The position numbers were made by a program, and so were the translations under genes. The notes under the pieces are model-generated. The model was not told the DNA's origin. It saw only the letters and a list, made by a program, of their open reading frames with translations, and searched no databases. From Hydrolagus affinis (taxonomy: Eukaryota): a stretch of DNA of 64,000 bases. This document shows positions 51,101-60,600 of this stretch, one piece after another (position 1 is the first letter of the stretch; the number at the start of each line of letters is the position of its first letter). The stretch is taken from positions 1-64,000 of the forward strand of contig JAAILG010000458.1 of NCBI GenBank assembly GCA_012026655.1. The letters run 5' to 3'.

Positions 51101-54100
51101 ACGGGGTGAAGAGAGGCACTGACATTGCAACACTGTTGGAATTGGATTCCATGATGGTGCAGGAAAAGTCACCCACCAGCTTGTCTGTCCTGCCCTGCTT
51201 GGCTGGTGGTCCAGGGGAGCCGGGGGGGCCAGGGAAGCCTCTTGGTCCCTGCACCCCGTCACCTCGGTCACCCTGTGGGGAAGGCAAGATAGGTTCAGTC
51301 TGAGCCAAGTGTTTGCTGATCCAAAATTTGCCATATCCAGACATCAGAGAGGCTTATCATGCCTACTGCACATAGTTACTCAGTTACACAGACAGGAAGA
51401 CCAGAGTAAAGCCCCCACCACACACACACCAACTCCACCTTACAAACTTTGTTCTCCTCACCTGGTGCTGGTCACTCACTCTCTTCCTAGAGTGACTCTC
51501 ACTCCTCAGTTGCCAGACATTGATTCCCTCTAAATTCATGCAAAACTAACATTTGGGCTTCCATGAAATGTAACTCACTGACACACTGCTCACTTACCTT
51601 CTCACCGTTGGGTCCTCGGTCACCAGAGCTTCCAGGGAACCCTTGAGGCCCAACCTCTCCCTGGGCAACGAAGCAAAGATAAAGCGGGTCAGTGTGCACG
51701 AGAGGTCTGTGATGCAGGCTACAAATACTGTCAAAGGCCTTTCAACTATGAATACCTGCTATAAAACCACAGAAAACCAGCAGCTCCTACAGACTGAGCA
51801 CGCAACTCCTCACAAGACTCCACTGGACATATCATCACACGTCATTTTTGTCTGTGGATGTGGCAGTGCAGGTGGGAGGGCAGGGGGGAAGAAGTCAAGG
51901 GGAGAAGTTGTTGGTTGTTGGGAAGGCAGTATAGCCTCGACCTCGCTTAGGAAGAAGGGGCGTTTTAAAACATAGGAATTTAGGAACAGCAGTCTATTCA
52001 GCCCTCCGTGATCCCTCTATAATTGCATCACTGACAGTGCACACAAATACCTCCCTGAATCCCTTTCTCAGGCTTCTTGCCTCCTTATCTCTTCAGGTAA
52101 GCAGGTCAGACAGGTAGAAAGGTGCAAGGGCATGAAGGGGTTTGAAAACGAGTGAGAGGATCTTGCAATCAATCCGTTCAGTATTTGGGGACAGAAGTAA
52201 TTGGTGAACTGTGATGAACAAAGGGACGCCAACCACTCACCGCTTTCCCATCCTCACCAGGGTCACCCTGCAAGAAAGGAGACAACACACTAGGGTTAGG
52301 AGAAACCCAATACAGTCCCTCTCTACAGCAAGACTGTTTTATATTGAAACCTAGCTCTGCTCCCCATAGACCCAGAAAGCTGAGTGGACAAATGCTCTCA
52401 AAGACAATATTGATAAATGATTACAGCACCTTTCCTGTCAGAAGGACACCTAAAAGTGCTGCAAAGTGTCGTCAAATGTAGTGATTGTATTTAGTAGGCA
52501 AATGTGGCCACTAATTTGTTGCAGCAATGTTCCACTGAGATATTGAGTTAATGATTGACCAATTTTATTGGAGTATTGTTGACCAGGAGAAACTCCTTTT
52601 TCTTTTCAACTCGTGTCATGGCATCTTTAACATCTGCCTGGACCTCGGTTTAACATCTCATCTGAAGGATGGCACGAACAAAAATACAGGACCCTCCCTC
52701 CACCCCACAATGGGTTGTCAGCCTAGACTATATGAGATGTGAGGCTTGAACTCTCAATTTTCTGACTAAGTGTTAGCAAGTGATCGAGGCTGATACCAGC
52801 CTTACAGAGTGGATCTTTCATGTAAAACAAACACAAAAACACTTTCCAAATCTAAGTGATGTGAAATGAAGGCTTTACACCAAACAGCCTTACAGACTAT
52901 CATTACATTAACATAGAATTACACAGAATTACATAGAATGCCATTGTGCAGAATCAGGCCTCCTCAGCTAGTCCGTGCTGGTATTTACACTCTACACGAG
53001 TCTCCACACCTCAAAAATGCCCTTAACTATTCTGTTCTCTTAAAGCCCTCTATTCTCTTCTCTTATACCCCTCTATTCTCCCTCCCTCTCAAGTTTGCAT
53101 TCAGTTTCTTCATATACACAAAGGGGAGCTCACAGGTGGCTGCTGTCATTTGTTTTATTTGCTACTCACTGGCTCGCCATCATTCCCTGAGGGACCGGCC
53201 GGGCCTGGTGGTCCGGGAGGACCTTGGGCAGCCACATGCTCCATCACTGTCCCATCGCCGCGCTGGATCATAGTAGCAGGAGATCCGGGGGGGCCTGGCA
53301 CGCCCGGGGCCCCTCGGCCCCCAGAGTCTCCTCTATCCCCTTTGGGCCCACGGTAACCAAATCCAGCGGATCCCTAGCAGCAGGTTTGGGAGACAAAGGA
53401 ATGTTAAGAGTAAGAATAGAAGAATCCTTACATTTGATATGACACCTTTTATCTCAGCGTGCTTCATGGGATTTACTGTAAAGTGCAATGATTGTATTTT
53501 GTAGTGGATCATGACAGCCAATTTACACAGTGTAATGTCCCACAAATGCCGTGATGTGAATGATTGATTTTATGTGTTGCTCTCTCCCTCAATCCCTCTG
53601 CCTTGGCCCCTCCTTTCCCTATTTTGGATCCCACCTGAAGGCCTTTCTCTTTGAGTGTGCTTACAGTCAACCTCTCCCTCCCGCCAACTCCGGGACCGAC
53701 TCCACCACTGTAATGCACTCCGAAATGTGACACCGCATGAAGGGCACTGTATAAATGCAAGTTGTTGTTGTTGGCCAGGATGCCAAGAGAAACTCCCTTC
53801 TCTTTGTGAACAGCACCACAGGATCTTTAATGTCCACTGAACAGGCAGATGGGACCTTGGTTTAATGACTCATCTGAGGGACAGCACCTCTGCAATGAAG
53901 CGCTTCCCCCAGCACTGGACAGGGAAAGTGCGTTCAAGGTCCCAATGTAGGCTTGAACCCACAAGGTTTTACTATGAAGTTTATAATCAGGGCAGCGGTT
54001 TCTTGCTGGGCAGAGATTGACAGCGAGAGTAAGTCTCCTGGGAAAGTGGCCTCAATATCCCCTGGAAATTAAGAAGCCCAGAGAGCAGCTACCTTTTCAC

Positions 54101-57100
54101 CGGCCTCTCCTTTTTCACCCTGTGGAGAGGAAGATAAACGTCAGTGACAGACACAATGGCTCCTCTGTGTGTTTTTCTCTCTGTCGCACACAAACACACA
54201 CTGGCTCCTCCGTCCGTAAATCTCACACACACACAATGCAAATGTCCCCACCCCACTCCCTCACTGTCTCTCACACAATCGGTTCATTTAGGCCTCTGCA
54301 GTTGGCAGTCAGCAATGTCTGATCTCCTCAGTCCAGGCCGGACACCAAGGTTTTATTGGTACGCTGCAGGTGTCAGAGCTGCCTGCGACATTGTACCGAT
54401 GGAAAGCCAATGTCCACAGCTAGAGCCGCATTTTAAGTCGCACATACCCTTTCTCCTTTGATAGCAGCTGATGTGCTGGAGATGGAGCCGCTGTCACCTT
54501 TCAGACCAGGAGAGCCATGGCTTCCCTTCTCTCCCTTTTCTCCACTCTGGCCTTTCAGAAAATCAGCACCCGGAGTGCCTGAGAACCGGACAATCAATAA
54601 TTTTAGTGGACCCAGCCAAGGGCGCAGAGCATTGCATTTGATATATTGCCTTTCGAGTCTTCAAATTGCAGCAACGCATCGCCAGCACTGCACTGCAGCT
54701 TCAGTCTGGACTTCATTAACGAAGTCCTGATGTGGGGCTTGAACCTACAACCTTCAGACTCAGGAGCACTACCAATTGATAAGAGAATCTAGGGTTCTTC
54801 AGCCTTGAGAGAAGACGGGACCTTATAGAGGTGTATAAATTTCAAATAGGATTGAAAAGGGAAACCAGATGAATACTTTAGGATACACTAATAGACCAAG
54901 AGGTTATAGGTTTAGAATTGTAAAGGGAAATTTCAGGACAGACACCAGGGCACTTTTGTTTACCCGAAGAGGTAAAGAAAATTAACAACTGGAACAGATT
55001 ACCAGGAAGGATAGTTGAGGTCAGGACACTGGGACTCATTGAAAAACAACTCAATGTTGAGCATGAGGACAGTAGGGTGAGTATTCTAATAGGATGAGAT
55101 CAGATGAGCCAAAGGACCTTCTGCATCCCAAATGATCTTGTGCTTGTGTGAACTCCAATGAGACTCTTTTCATTCACAAATTGTTGAGCTTTGCTGGTGC
55201 AGTTGACAGTTGTGCCTCTGGGTGGTGCTGTAATCTTGCTGTCAGTGAAATCATTGAGTTGCAATAAATAATGCATCTGTCTTGTCTTGCGCTACAGCCG
55301 GGTGCTGAGACTTTCTGACACGATAAGGTCTATATCAAGTGTAAAGTTGCTTTTTTTTAATATAAATTGCTATCCTCCCCTCACAGTCACTTCACCAGCT
55401 CGTACCTCTCTCGGGTCCCGAGCCCAAGGTTCGTCGGCTGTTTTCCTCTGGTCTGACCCGCTCGGCACTGAGGGGCGGGGGTTTCACCGGTGAGCGATCG
55501 GGGAACTGCTGTGAGGGGACAGTCACCTATAACCCAGACAATCCCAGTTAGTTTTAGTCTGTGAGGGTGTGGGAGGGGCAGGGGTAGGGGGATGGAGTGG
55601 TGGGGGGTGGGAGAGAGAGGGAAAAGGAGGAAGGGTGAATTGATGTGAGCCCTGAGGAAGGAGGGAGAGGGGGGGGGGGGTTGAGCGGGAGAGATTAAAT
55701 TATTCTCCACAACTGCAGCTGATGCCAGACGTTGACAGTTATCAGAGTGTTAGCAGGTAGCTCTGAGCTCCCACCCGCTCGATCTCCTACTTTCTTACCG
55801 TTTCCATGCCAGGAGCTTGTCCCCTCTTTGAGGATCCACTTCCGAAGTCTCCAGAGGCCTGCAAGACAGAAGAACACACATACCCACCCACACACACACA
55901 CGCACGCACACACACACAAACAGGGATCAATCTCTGAATACAGTAAAAGCCTGTTTGTCCGGCATCCAATCAAACGTAACTTCCGTATAACCGGCACATC
56001 AAAAAAAATCCGCATTTGATTAACCGGAATTTATCCGGAAAAATGCTTATTTAAAAAAAAATGTTGGTGTTTTCGGCTGAATATCCGGCACGCGCTTTAA
56101 CCGACATTGGCCAAGTCCAGAGGGTGCCGGATAAACGGGCTTATACTGTAATTTAGTTGTCTTCCCATTTCAGCCCTTCGCAGGGGAGATTGGAACTCGA
56201 AACAGTTTCTGAGGTATATCTCGGGGATGACAATGCTAACCCCTGAACGGGGCAATGTAGGGGCCGCTGTTCACATAAACTTTGAGGGGGAACTGGAGCA
56301 AAACCCATTGCACACTCACCTCCCAGTCATCTTCCTCTTCCTCACAATAATGCTCCGCTGCCCATGGATTACTTTTGACCATCAGGTCTGCCATGATACC
56401 CTGCAACAATAAAAGAGCATCTACATCAGGCTCCGTCTGCACAGATACTGTCCAAAGCTCTGACACACGACAGTCTCTCTCCCCACTCTAGGCCAGAGCT
56501 ACGAAATAAGGAAGCCTGTCCCTCTGTCACCATGGTATCTTGTGGACAGGAGGGTGTGAGAGAAAGCCTCAAGCCCCAACAATCTCAGACAAGTGCTGGG
56601 AAAATCTTTGTCGCACAGATGGTGTAAATAATATAAGAGGTTGACAGCACAGCCTGAGTGCTGGATAATGGTGGGAAGAGCAATGTTCAGAATAGAATCC
56701 CACCCTTGTCTTGAGGCCACAGTCAGTAAGGCTGTGACTCCTACACAGTGCAGCATTGGGGCAATACTGTGATTCTCGGAGCCCGATACTGGGCATGTCC
56801 CTGCGCTGAATCAATAGCGCTTCTGTCGTCTGGAATCCTGGCGTTCTCCGCCAGTTGCATTCCCTGCTCCAGACAAGGAGCTGCCCTGCAGCCTCGAGGA
56901 ACCAGCATCCTGCGTACCAGCATACTGCTGGAAAAGTACAAACCAAACAAGCAAAATGGACCATTTTCTGAAAGTTTTGTAAACCATGTGTACAGCATGT
57001 GTCCAGATGTGATTATGTTCAATACCCACCTATTTGATAAAAGCATTTTTTCCCGTGAGAAGGACTAACAAAGCTCTTCACAGGATTTAAAGTAAAGTGC

Positions 57101-57830
57101 AGTGACTGTTTTCTAAACCATGTTAAATGATTTGCGTGTTACACACCTATAAACACCCAGTGTGCACCTGCTCACAACTGTAATGTACTTTATGAACATT
57201 TTCACATCTGCAGTTCTCTGTCCACAGGCGTTTGTTTATACAAGGTAATCCCACCCATGGATTAGCTCCCTACGTCTCTGGCACTTACCAGGAACTTGTT
57301 AGTATCCGCTCCCCCGGCCATCGCCACAAAGATCCCGGAAGCCGAGTCAAGTTCCAGGGCGTCAGGAGATCTCTCGAATTGCTTGCGCGAATGCTCCTCA
57401 CAATCCAAGTATAGCACCACCTCCTCACCCTCCACGCTCAGGGCAATCTTGGTCCACTTGTTGATCAGAGGCAACACCTTGAAGGTGGCGGCCTGGAAAG
57501 AGTGCTCAGACCCGGGCTCCGTGTAGTAGAAGATGATGTTCTGGGCCCCATCACTGATCTCCGAGAGCTTCACCCCCACGAAAATGACCCTCTGGCTGGC
57601 GTCCGTGACAGCAAACAGCACACCACCCTTCCTGGATGTCGGCTTGATATTGAACAGAAGAGAGAAATCCCGAAAGAAGTGACTCGGGAGGTAGGATCTC
57701 GCCAGCTGGCCAGTGTTCACCCCTGGTCCGATCTTGTACATTGGACTTTGGTCAGCATTGGTCAGCACAGTAATGTGTTCGGAGGGAGGGTCTCCGATCA
57801 ACTGGAGCAGTGACACAGTGTGGACAGGAG
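32423..57830 (-). CDS. COL18A1: Collagen alpha-1(XVIII) chain, 41 coding exons (TSPN to endostatin), 5'-partial
   Basis: TSPN/LamG domain, interrupted Gly-X-Y exons, Ser-Gly GAG sites ([14 protein letters not shown] x2), trimerization domain, endostatin; exon lengths sum to 4016 nt with consistent phases; synteny with SLC19A1 favours COL18A1 over COL15A1. Confidence 0.95.
32861..32976 (-). CDS. COL18A1: COL18A1 endostatin exon ([12 protein letters not shown]...DVLRDQAW)
   Basis: 116 nt, AG/GT bounded, phase 0 to 2. Confidence 0.95.
33198..33395 (-). CDS. COL18A1: COL18A1 endostatin exon (LHLMALNTP...IVNLK)
   Basis: 198 nt, [14 protein letters not shown] motif. Confidence 0.96.
33974..34261 (-). 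CDS. COL18A1: COL18A1 NC1 hinge exon ([14 protein letters not shown]...ITGPM)
   Basis: 288 nt, ttttcag acceptor, ATG|gtaaat donor, PPVVQ motif. Confidence 0.87.
34565..34603 (-). CDS. COL18A1: COL18A1 mini-exon ([13 protein letters not shown])
   Basis: 39 nt, cacag acceptor, gtgagt donor. Confidence 0.82.
34782..34910 (-). CDS. COL18A1: COL18A1 trimerization-domain exon (VTVVRTYQ...GWRQVN)
   Basis: 129 nt, [17 protein letters not shown] motif. Confidence 0.94.
35541..35599 (-). CDS. COL18A1: COL18A1 exon ([19 protein letters not shown])
   Basis: 59 nt, phase 1 to 0. Confidence 0.88.
36092..36239 (-). CDS. COL18A1: COL18A1 exon ([10 protein letters not shown]...SGGSSVT)
   Basis: 148 nt, phase 0 to 1, gttagt donor. 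Confidence 0.87.
36838..36960 (-). CDS. COL18A1: COL18A1 exon ([10 protein letters not shown]...GRPGLP)
   Basis: 123 nt, AG/GT bounded. Confidence 0.92.
37366..37409 (-). CDS. COL18A1: COL18A1 exon ([15 protein letters not shown])
   Basis: 44 nt, phase 1 to 0, restores frame between neighbouring exons. Confidence 0.87.
38418..38498 (-). CDS. COL18A1: COL18A1 exon ([27 protein letters not shown])
   Basis: 81 nt, phase 1 to 1. Confidence 0.9.
39027..39063 (-). CDS. COL18A1: COL18A1 exon ([12 protein letters not shown])
   Basis: 37 nt, phase 0 to 1, gtatgt donor. Confidence 0.82.
39666..39749 (-). CDS. COL18A1: COL18A1 exon ([10 protein letters not shown]...PFDNN)
   Basis: 84 nt, AG/GT bounded. 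Confidence 0.9.
39852..39926 (-). CDS. COL18A1: COL18A1 exon ([14 protein letters not shown]...GFGFR)
   Basis: 75 nt, AG/GT bounded. Confidence 0.92.
40110..40730 (-). mobile_element. L2-clade LINE 3' fragment
   Basis: ORF2 C-terminal remnants ([13 protein letters not shown]) and (GTT)n tail. Confidence 0.8.
40920..40973 (-). CDS. COL18A1: COL18A1 exon ([18 protein letters not shown])
   Basis: 54 nt Gly-X-Y. Confidence 0.93.
41482..41517 (-). CDS. COL18A1: COL18A1 exon ([12 protein letters not shown])
   Basis: 36 nt Gly-X-Y, gtaagt donor. Confidence 0.9.
41915..42001 (-). CDS. COL18A1: COL18A1 exon ([14 protein letters not shown]...AGPK)
   Basis: 87 nt, AG/GT bounded. Confidence 0.92.
42998..43060 (-). 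CDS. COL18A1: COL18A1 exon ([21 protein letters not shown])
   Basis: 63 nt Gly-X-Y. Confidence 0.91.
43588..43623 (-). CDS. COL18A1: COL18A1 exon ([12 protein letters not shown])
   Basis: 36 nt Gly-X-Y. Confidence 0.88.
43993..44028 (-). CDS. COL18A1: COL18A1 exon ([12 protein letters not shown])
   Basis: 36 nt, tttcag acceptor, gtatgt donor. Confidence 0.8.
44469..44552 (-). CDS. COL18A1: COL18A1 exon ([15 protein letters not shown]...GSEN)
   Basis: 84 nt, AG/GT bounded. Confidence 0.92.
45088..45123 (-). CDS. COL18A1: COL18A1 exon ([12 protein letters not shown])
   Basis: 36 nt Gly-X-Y. Confidence 0.88.
46074..46127 (-). CDS. COL18A1: COL18A1 exon ([18 protein letters not shown])
   Basis: 54 nt Gly-X-Y. 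Confidence 0.91.
46375..46401 (-). CDS. COL18A1: COL18A1 micro-exon (GIPGIQGPS)
   Basis: 27 nt Gly-X-Y, gtgagt donor. Confidence 0.86.
47268..47303 (-). CDS. COL18A1: COL18A1 exon ([12 protein letters not shown])
   Basis: 36 nt Gly-X-Y. Confidence 0.87.
47368..47790 (-). mobile_element. L2-clade LINE 3' fragment
   Basis: (GTT)n tail; reverse match to 58610-58940. Confidence 0.8.
49205..49276 (-). CDS. COL18A1: COL18A1 exon ([10 protein letters not shown]...GVQ), GAG attachment site
   Basis: 72 nt; DDMEGSG motif. Confidence 0.92.
49385..49498 (-). CDS. COL18A1: COL18A1 exon ([10 protein letters not shown]...FTAGF)
   Basis: 114 nt, AG/GT bounded. Confidence 0.93.
49639..49684. repeat. Perfect 46-bp palindrome
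   Basis: CACTTTCACTAAACTCAAACACC|GGTGTTTGAGTTTAGTGAAAGTG, no spacer. Confidence 0.95.
49942..49986 (-). CDS. COL18A1: COL18A1 exon ([15 protein letters not shown])
   Basis: 45 nt Gly-X-Y. Confidence 0.9.
50082..50144 (-). CDS. COL18A1: COL18A1 exon ([21 protein letters not shown])
   Basis: 63 nt Gly-X-Y. Confidence 0.92.
50372..50521 (-). CDS. COL18A1: COL18A1 exon ([10 protein letters not shown]...FGMNQT...GNPGPP)
   Basis: 150 nt; NQT sequon in the interruption. Confidence 0.93.
51023..51076 (-). CDS. COL18A1: COL18A1 exon ([18 protein letters not shown]), GAG attachment site
   Basis: 54 nt; TFxDMEGSGF motif. Confidence 0.93.
51177..51272 (-). CDS. COL18A1: COL18A1 exon ([12 protein letters not shown]...TDKL)
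   Basis: 96 nt, AG/GT bounded. Confidence 0.91.
51598..51660 (-). CDS. COL18A1: COL18A1 exon ([21 protein letters not shown])
   Basis: 63 nt Gly-X-Y. Confidence 0.92.
52241..52267 (-). CDS. COL18A1: COL18A1 micro-exon (GDPGEDGKA)
   Basis: 27 nt, gtgagt donor. Confidence 0.88.
53170..53373 (-). CDS. COL18A1: COL18A1 exon ([16 protein letters not shown]...GNDGEP)
   Basis: 204 nt, AG/GT bounded. Confidence 0.92.
54093..54119 (-). CDS. COL18A1: COL18A1 micro-exon (GEKGEAGEK)
   Basis: 27 nt Gly-X-Y. Confidence 0.82.
54448..54578 (-). CDS. COL18A1: COL18A1 exon ([18 protein letters not shown]...IKGER)
   Basis: 131 nt, phase 1 to 0. Confidence 0.87.
54780..55145 (+). mobile_element. CR1-like LINE 3' remnant
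   Basis: TTCAGCCTTGAGAGAAGACG..CTTATAGAGGTGTATAAA, matching the CR1 ORF2 end. Confidence 0.6.
55406..55508 (-). CDS. COL18A1: COL18A1 exon ([13 protein letters not shown]...GPER)
   Basis: 103 nt, phase 0 to 1; tandem CAGCAG acceptor; poorly conserved linker so boundaries are less certain. Confidence 0.72.
55799..55858 (-). CDS. COL18A1: COL18A1 exon ([20 protein letters not shown]), GAG attachment site
   Basis: 60 nt; ASGDxGSG motif. Confidence 0.9.
55941..56148. mobile_element. Tigger-type MITE (same family as 15819-16060)
   Basis: TIRs CAGTAAAAGCCTGTTTGTCCGGCA / TGCCGGATAAACGGGCTTATACTG, TA flanks. Confidence 0.83.
56320..56400 (-). CDS. COL18A1: COL18A1 exon ([27 protein letters not shown])
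   Basis: 81 nt; end of TSPN domain plus acidic stretch. Confidence 0.92.
57289..57830 (-). CDS. COL18A1: COL18A1 TSPN/laminin-G domain exon
   Basis: 542 nt; [35 protein letters not shown] motifs; phase 1 start. Confidence 0.95.
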
Positions 57831-57998
57831 CTAAAGAGAGAGGGACAGACGGCAAATTCAGCACCACTTATCAAACCCCAAACACCCTGGATGTGGGCGC
57901 AGTTAGGAGCTGTCGTCAAATCTTGCCGGCAATTTATAATAAAATAACAATTCTTGAATTTGATATATTCATGAATATTTGGTGGCTCCACTACAGGT

Positions 57999-58230
57999 GG
58001 AGTTTTGTAGCTCGTGGTTAGAGCACTTGCCTTACAAGCGAGTGACCTGGGTTCGATTCCAGGCAGGGCGAAATGTTGGACAAGTTTCCTTACTCCCATG
58101 CCTGATAATAATCCCTCAAAAAACAATAATGAATTGGTCATTTCAATCCCTGACTGTTTGTGGGACACTGCTGTGTGTAATTGTCTGCTGCATTTTGAAA
58201 TGTCTAGATGTGAAAAGTGCTTCATCAAAT
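57999..58230 (+). mobile_element. Family A SINE
   Basis: tRNA head with GGGTTCGATTCC B box, Deu core, truncated tail. Confidence 0.83.
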
Positions 58231-58234
58231 ACAT

Positions 58235-58945
58235 GGCTTTCTCACCATCCATGACCTCATCCTGGATGAGCAAATTGATATTCTTGGGCTTTCAGAAACC
58301 TGGCTCTCTCCCAATGACCCTGTCTCCCAAATTGAAGCCTCCCCTCCAGGCTACACCTTCCACCACAACCCCCGTCCAAACCAATGTGGCGACGGGGCAG
58401 TCCTCATCTCCAAAGCTTCCCTTGGTCTTTCCCCCTACTCCTCTGGCTGCTTCCCCTCTTTTGAGCACCTCACCCTCTACCATCCTTCTCTCCCACTGAA
58501 AATTGTTATGGTCTACCATCCCACCTAAACCCCTGGCTCCTTCCTCTCTGACATCTCTACTCTCCTCTCTTCCCTATCCCTCTGCTCTGAACATCTGCTT
58601 GTAAGCTCTACACCACCCTACCTCTCTGACCTCTTCTCTCCTCACAATAGCACCCGTTGCCTTCACTCCACCAGGTCTGGCCTCCTCCTTGTCCCCCGAA
58701 TCCTCCGCTCCATCATTGGTGGCCATGCCTTCAACCACTACTCCCCGAGGCTCTGGAACTCCCGCTTGACTCCCTTCGCCTCGCCCCATCTCTTCCTACC
58801 TTCAGGTCTCGGCTAAAGACCTTTCTTTTCGACTGCACTTTTCGGTCACCTTGATCCCCCTCCCCAGGATCCGTTATTGGGAAGCGCTCTGAGACACTGT
58901 TCGGCGTGGAGGGCACTATATAAATCCAAGTTGTTGTTGGTCTTG
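58235..58945 (+). mobile_element. Internally deleted L2 LINE (APE endonuclease remnant fused to 3' end)
   Basis: IHDLILDEQIDILGLSETWL..PPGYTF..PR, then ORF2 end and (GTT)n tail. Confidence 0.75.
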
Positions 58946-58957
58946 TTGGATTATTAT

Positions 58958-59135
58958 TAATAATAATCATAATCCTTACAATTGATATAGCACTTTTCAC
59001 GTCTTCTAAATGTCTCTAAGAACTTCACAGAATATACTGTAAAGTGAATTGACTGTATATATATAGGCGAAACACGGCGGGCAATTCCACACAGCAATGT
59101 CCCACAAACAGTCGTGGATTGAATGATTAATTTTT
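58958..59135 (-). mobile_element. Family A SINE 3' part
   Basis: Deu core and tail in reverse. Confidence 0.75.
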
Positions 59136-60329
59136 TGGTGGGTACAGGGATTATTACACCCGGAAAGTTATCTGCCAAATTGACTAACAATCAGGTTTCT
59201 ATTTACTGCTAAGTAAATTTCTATCGTTCTTTCTCCTCGACTGAAGGCTGTGACTCATCTCAGCAAAGGATCCCCACCTCCTGCACACACAGAGTATCAT
59301 GCCACAGGTACGCCAACAGGAGCAGGCCATTCAGCCCCTCTAGCCTGTTCTGCCATTGATCCAATATCCACAGCTTTTTGGGGGAAGAGTTCTCCAGATT
59401 TTCCACTAACCTTTGTGTGAAAAGGTATTTCCTGATTTCACTCCTGAATGTCCAGGCGTTTTGCAACAGAGTACACAAAGCATTTCCCACTCTTGCAGTT
59501 GAAATCCTGCACTGCTCAAACATTCCCACCACACTCATCTTTCTACTAATGGTCCAAATGGGAATTCCTCAAGCATGCAGAGGATAAGTTGGTCTGGAAT
59601 ATCCGTGGGAAATCCACTCCTACATTTCCCAGTGCACAAGTGACATACCGCTCACTAAATGCTTCTACTCCCCCTCTCGCTCTCTCTCTCTGGAAATCAG
59701 CACGGCACTGAGCCTCAGATAAACACTCAGACACATAGACAGTCTTTCAATTCCTGCTCCAACCAACACTTAAAGGGTGTTTTTTTTCAGGCTGTGGATT
59801 CCACCACAAGAGTCTTATGGTAAAAAATTCTGCCAAATTCCACTTGGCGCCTTTCGATCTGTGCAACATTTTGGGTGGGGGGGGGAGAGGAAGAAAATAG
59901 AGTGTAGCTCACTGTTGAAGTGCAGTTCTATGGGAGTTGTTTGGCTTCCAATGCCCCATCCATTGATCCTTGGCAGTGAGTGTTGGCAGGCCACTCAACT
60001 GCAGACATTGACATAGCTGTGTCTAATGCTATACATGCATACTTCCTGCTATACATACATACGAGCAGAAGAGGATGCTGTAGAGCAATGTGGTCCAACA
60101 GACTAGCCCAAGACCATTTCCAACATTCCAACCTTGGCCCCTTCCCTCTCTCTTGGCCCCTTCTCTCCCTGTTCCATGGCAGCAGCAGGAGCTGGTGGTT
60201 GGGAGGACACCGGGTGGAGAGTGGAAATAATACTGTCCGTTATGACACTGTGTCAGGAAGGCAAACGCGTTATATACCAACCGCTGGCTCTTGCCACTGC
60301 AGATAGTTATTGCCTTGCGGTTGATTGGG

Positions 60330-60600
60330 AAAGAAGGGGATTGAGAGGGGGAGAGAGGTGGGCTGAGATGGGGGGAAAGAAAAAGAAGGAAAGAGGAGGA
60401 AGAGAGAGACAGGAAGGAGAGGAGGGAAACGGGATGGGGAGAGAGAGAAAGAGCAAGGGGAGAGAGGATGGGGGAGAGGAGAATCTGTGAGAGAGTGGAA
60501 GAGAGGGGGAGGGAAGAGAGTGTGAGAAGTGGAGTGAGAGAGTAATTGAGAGAGTGTATGTTTGTGAGAGAGAGGGGATAGAGAGGGGGAGAGAAGAAGA
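60330..60600 (+). repeat. Polypurine (GA-rich) low-complexity tract
   Basis: About 270 nt almost entirely G/A. Confidence 0.85.

Noticed and set aside
32423-57830. Alternative call as COL15A1, given the missing zinc His residues
   Set aside because: Short post-TSPN linker with few Ser-Gly sites, DMEGSG motifs, retained heparin arginines and adjacency to SLC19A1 all fit COL18A1
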